Part shown: positions 59,253 to 64,000 of the stretch, one piece after another
Layout: every line of letters begins with the position of its first letter
Position numbering within the stretch: position 1 is the first letter of the stretch
NCBI GenBank assembly: GCA_012295275.1
Contig: CM022677.1
Coordinates: 25,110,001 to 25,174,000 of the forward strand
Direction: 5' to 3'
DNA length: 64,000 bases
Source of the DNA: Chrysomallon squamiferum
Lineage: Eukaryota; Animalia; Mollusca
Notes under the pieces: model-generated
The model's input: only the letters and a program-made list of their open reading frames with translations
What the model was told of the DNA's origin: nothing
Databases searched by the model: none
Position numbers and translations under genes: made by a program

Positions 59253-61248
59253 TTATAAGAGATAATCTATGATGTAACTGACAGCTTCAGAAAAGTCATT
59301 AACCACTTTGTGTGGGGGAGGGCTGATCTTTTTCTCATCTCCTTCCCGATATTTACCTTGTAATAATAAAAAAAAAAAAAAAATATATAAAAATAAAATA
59401 AAATCAGACATTAAATATCTGTGCAAACATACAAAGTACCACTCCCTTCTGTTGTTCACATCTACAATATCAAACAGCGTAAAGTATCATATCTGTAAGT
59501 ATTAAATAGTATAGTTTAATATCTAGAAGTATTAAACAGTATAGTTTAATATTTACAAGTATTAAACAGTGCACAAACAGCTACTAGTATTAAACATGCA
59601 TAGTTTAATATCTACTAATATTAAACAACAGTTAATATCTTCAAGTATTAAATAGTGTAAAGCTTAAAGTGTGAACCAGTGTATAGTTTAATATCTACAA
59701 GTATAGGTGTGTGTATAGTTTTTCATCACAAATGTTAAACAGGGGACAGTATTATATCTGAAATATGTTAGTGTAAGTTCATCATGTGATTAGATAAACT
59801 GGTTTACAAAGTGCAAGTTATTCAGCATTTTACATAAAAAGAAATAATTTACCAGTCTTCACCAGAATTCCCAGCATCCCACTTTCCTGGGCACCACCTA
59901 TATCGTTTTGAACATCCTAAATAAAAAATAAAAAAAGTTGTAGAAAAATTACCTAATGTTTTCTTATTTATGGATTTATACTGTCATTATTTAAACTCAC
60001 ACGAGAACTCAAATACTTTAGTATGAACACATTTGTTTTCAGCATCAGATTTGAGAGCAAAATTTGGATACCTCAGTAAAAAAAGAAATATATTCACTAT
60101 GAAACATAAAAAATCTCAGATATTTTCATTTTCATTATGAAGTCTAGAGAAAATTCAAACCTGTTTTCCTTTTCTAAAATCACTACTGATTAGAAAAAAT
60201 TCTGAAAACAAGTAAGAAACTTCCATTTCCTATCAATATATTTTCAAAACTTGAACATAATCACTATAAAAACTAGTAATAAAATTCTATTATTTTTCAC
60301 TGAACTCGTATGCAAACGTAACAAGTAACAAAAACTGATATATTCCTAATTTAAATATATGTAATAATGATTACATATTTATATCAGTACATGAACTCGT
60401 ATGAAAACAAACGTAATCACTATGAATTCATAGGAAAACTTGAATACTTCTGCTAGAAAAAACTAATAAAATATATGTCATAATGATTATATGATTGTAT
60501 CATATATTTATATCAGTACATGAACTCGTATGAAAACAAACGTAATCACTATAAGTTGGTAAGAAAACTCGAATACTTCTGCTAGGCAGTAAGAAATAAG
60601 AAACTGACATCTCCAATCATGACACACTCTTGAGGCTGGCAGTCAAACTGAGTGATGGCTGACAGGAAAAAAGATTTCTCAGGCTTGCCCACAATCACTG
60701 ACTGTACACTGGCTGCGTATTCCAAAGCTTCAACAAATGGTCCTGGAGAAACAGTTACACATTAACATATACAGCAATGTAACATTTACAGTCATTCATT
60801 CTGGTATGTATATCTTACACTGGACTGAGATATGTAACTAAACCAAGAAAAGAATATGTAGTGTTACAGTAAATACAAAATTTTCTAAAAAACAAAAATT
60901 GAAAAAATATAAACTGTATCTGTTTATTATTATCAGAGAGAGAGAGAGAGGAGAGAGAAACAAATATTATGCAAACATATAACTAAGAGAAAGAATATGT
61001 AGTGTTACAATAAGTACAAAATTTTCTAAAAAGAATTGAAAAAATATAAACCCTATCTGTTTATTATTATCAGAGAGAGAGAGAGAGAGAGAAACAGAGA
61101 TCTGTTTATTATTAGAGAGAGAGAGACAGAGAGAGAGAAACAAATATATACAAACATTATAACTAAGAGAAAGAATATGTAGTGTTACAATAAGTACAAA
61201 ATTTTCTAAAAAAAAATTGAAAAAATATAAACTGTATCTGTTTATTAT

Positions 61249-61309
<61 letters not shown>

Positions 61310-63395
61310 AAATTGCACTGTTCTATCCTATGATATCATACTTTATTTTGTTTATATTATCATATATTTCAAGTTTTACAAAACATCACCTGGACCAAGA
61401 GCAAGTCCATCTTTTCTCTTGTAGTACTTTGCTTTGTGTATTGCTATCAAAGCTGCTCCATTTATCAGCAGTCTGAAACATTTCAACAAATGCATCTTAG
61501 TCATGTAATATGAAACATTTCAACATGACAACATTTTAAACATTTTAATATTTGGTAATCTAATTAACCAATTTTGCTCCATTTTATGAACAGTCTGTAC
61601 TATTTGAATGTTTTACAGTATTTTAACACATAATAATCTGAAACATTTTAACATGTATAATATGTTGTGTGTATCTGAAACATTTCAAAATGTCATTCTA
61701 TTCATCAACATTCAAAAACATTTCAACATGGAATATTTTGGTTGTATAGTAATCTGAAACATTTAACATTTGTGGGTGTAATTAATTAATCTTAACACAA
61801 CATTTTAATCTTTGAAAATTTATAACATGTAATATTTGAATGTGCCATATTTTAATCATAATAATCTGAAACATTTTAACATGCTGTGATATTCAGTGTC
61901 ATACTATTTAAAATAAAGAAAATATTCTAATGTAATAACATGGTTGTAAATTCTAAACATTTAACATTTGGGGTTAATTAAAATCCCTTTCAGAACAGAT
62001 GAAATATAACATGGAATATTTTGTAATAGTTTGTCTTTCAACATGTGGATATTCTATTTGAAAATAAAGAAAATTAATTAAACATGGTACTTTTAACACT
62101 CACAGGTTAAAAACCCTTTCAGAACAGATGAAATCAACAGTCAAACTAACAAGTGTCTTCAGACTCACAGTAATCCTTTCACTCACAGTAAAGATCTGAC
62201 TCACAGCAACGCTAATCAAACTAACAACTAAGCTTCAGACTCACAGTAATGCTCAAAGTCCAAATTAAATTTCAATTTAAATACAGTAGTAAAACTTAAA
62301 ACTCACAAAACTTCAACTCTTACGAAGCTAAGATTCACACAAAGTTCAGATTCTTATAAATCCAAGACTCACATAAACTCACACTTACCTAAAAGCATCA
62401 TTCATGTGCTGATAATTAAACTCATCAGGTGCCAATCCGACCACAACAGCATTTGGGTTGTTGGTATCTACACCTGAAAAGAAACCAGACTACAGTCAAA
62501 ATCAAACTATTCCCATATATGTTATTTACAACTAACTGTAGATGAGATATTATGTGAAGTGTGATGGATAAACAGGCTATGGCTACACCTGAAAAGAAAC
62601 AAGACTGCACTGAAAGTCAAACTATTCTTATAAATGTCATTTACAACTAACTGTAGATAAGATATTATATGAAGTGTAACAGATAAAGAGATTCATGACT
62701 TTGTAATGACCATCTTGGTCCATTTGAAATATTAGTTGTCTATTTATTCTGGTTTATGTGAGGTAATTGTCTGTCTGTCTGTCTGTCTGTCATCACAAGA
62801 TTTCCTTCTTTTAAATGATAACCTGTTTTTGAGGATTCCCTTCACATATCAATATAATAATAATAATAATAATAATAATGAAATACTGTATATATAGAAA
62901 ATGTGTGATAAGTATATTAAATAGTAATTATATATGTATATTTATGTGTGTGTGAATGATGTATGACTGTATATAAATATATATATCAAGCAGGAGATGG
63001 TATAACTTTCTAGTAAATTTCTAAATGAAATTTATCTGTGAAGTCTTATACCACATTGTTTGTACTTAAACAAAATTTCTACTTAAATGAAAATATACCA
63101 GTAAAATTTTATACAGCATCTTTTTCAAGCTACAGAAGAGGTTAACACATATCAAACAGTAGTAGACATGACTTTATAGTAAAATTTCTAACACAAAATT
63201 TATCTGTAAAATCTTCTACTACACCGTCTGACAAATAGAACACCTGAATTTCTAAAATTAAAATTTTACCTGTAAAATCCTCTACAGCATCTTTGTCAAG
63301 GATTAGAAGTGGTCGATATTTGTTAGTTTCTACTAAAACACGGGCTGCAGTCAACGATGTAAAAACCTCATCTGAGTCAACATCAAAGCCAATAT
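59253..63395 (-). CDS. HDHD2: Haloacid dehalogenase-like hydrolase domain-containing protein 2 (3' six exons; 5' end beyond window)
   Basis: Exons: 63270-63395 ([14 protein letters not shown]), 62389-62473 ([23 protein letters not shown]), 61390-61472 ([21 protein letters not shown]), 60609-60742 ([10 protein letters not shown]...VGKPEKSFF...VMIGD), 59853-59916 ([22 protein letters not shown]), 59253-59356 ([14 protein letters not shown]...IIDYLL*). Phases are consistent; HAD class IIA motifs GKP and GD-D. Confidence 0.95.
60345..61310. repeat. Local tandem duplications in HDHD2 introns
   Basis: A ~130-bp unit occurs twice at ~60360-60585. A GA-microsatellite-containing unit (aagaaagaatatgtagtgttaca...tctgtttattattatcagagag) occurs about three times at ~60840-61310. 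Confidence 0.75.
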
Positions 63396-64000
63396 CTGAA
63401 AACATACAACTCTTTTTTATATTGTATTTAGTACAGTCCACATCACACATTATCTACCTTTATACTATGTTTAGTACAGACCATGATAATCCCACAACTA
63501 TCCACCTTTTATTTAGTACAGCTGATATCTCATACTATCTTTATACTACATTTAGTACATATCACACGTTACCCTGCTTTAAACTACATCATCATACACA
63601 AACCATCATTACACTACAATTACACTACCCAATTATTGTACCTGATATCTCACACTATCTTTATATTATACATATCACACGAATCATATCATTATCTTAA
63701 TTATATCATCAGTCTTTATATATATATTTAGTCATATCTACCTATCTTTGTAACAGAGAGAACATCCAACAGAGTACCCAGGAAATATGCTACTGTCACA
63801 TACACTAATACTAACAGTGCAAAAGAGTAACTTTTATATCATACAAGTACCCACCTTTATAACAGAGATAACTCACAACTGCAAAACTGTACCCACAGTA
63901 TCATCCATAAAACCCTATTAAACACCAGTTATATCTCTGTCATGCAGTCACCATATACAACTATACAATACACATATATTACCCATCTTATGATTATATA

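Overview
AT-rich, microsatellite-dense animal genomic DNA with spliceosomal introns. Mollusc/lophotrochozoan-like by composition and gene content; species not determinable. Positions 1-39 kb hold a minus-strand tandem cluster of secreted F-type lectin (fucolectin, FTLD) genes. Each full gene has a signal-peptide exon plus four FTLDs, each split into an N-half and a C-half exon, with every intron in phase 1. Two subtypes ('X' and 'Y') alternate strictly. Three genes are complete (9595-17004, 618 aa; 18252-25172 and 31275-37481, 613 aa each), one runs off the left edge, and three are pseudogene relics. Paralogues show a strong excess of amino-acid-changing substitutions and mosaic divergence, and only domain 3 keeps a canonical or near-canonical fucose-binding motif. 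To the right are transposon remnants (a TIR-bounded MITE and an Academ-like fragment), an orphan minus-strand first exon pointing into the cluster, a 3-exon LYSMD1/2-family gene (+), and the 3' six exons of HDHD2 (-). Exon boundaries were read manually from GT/AG signals and reading frame; nothing was database-verified.
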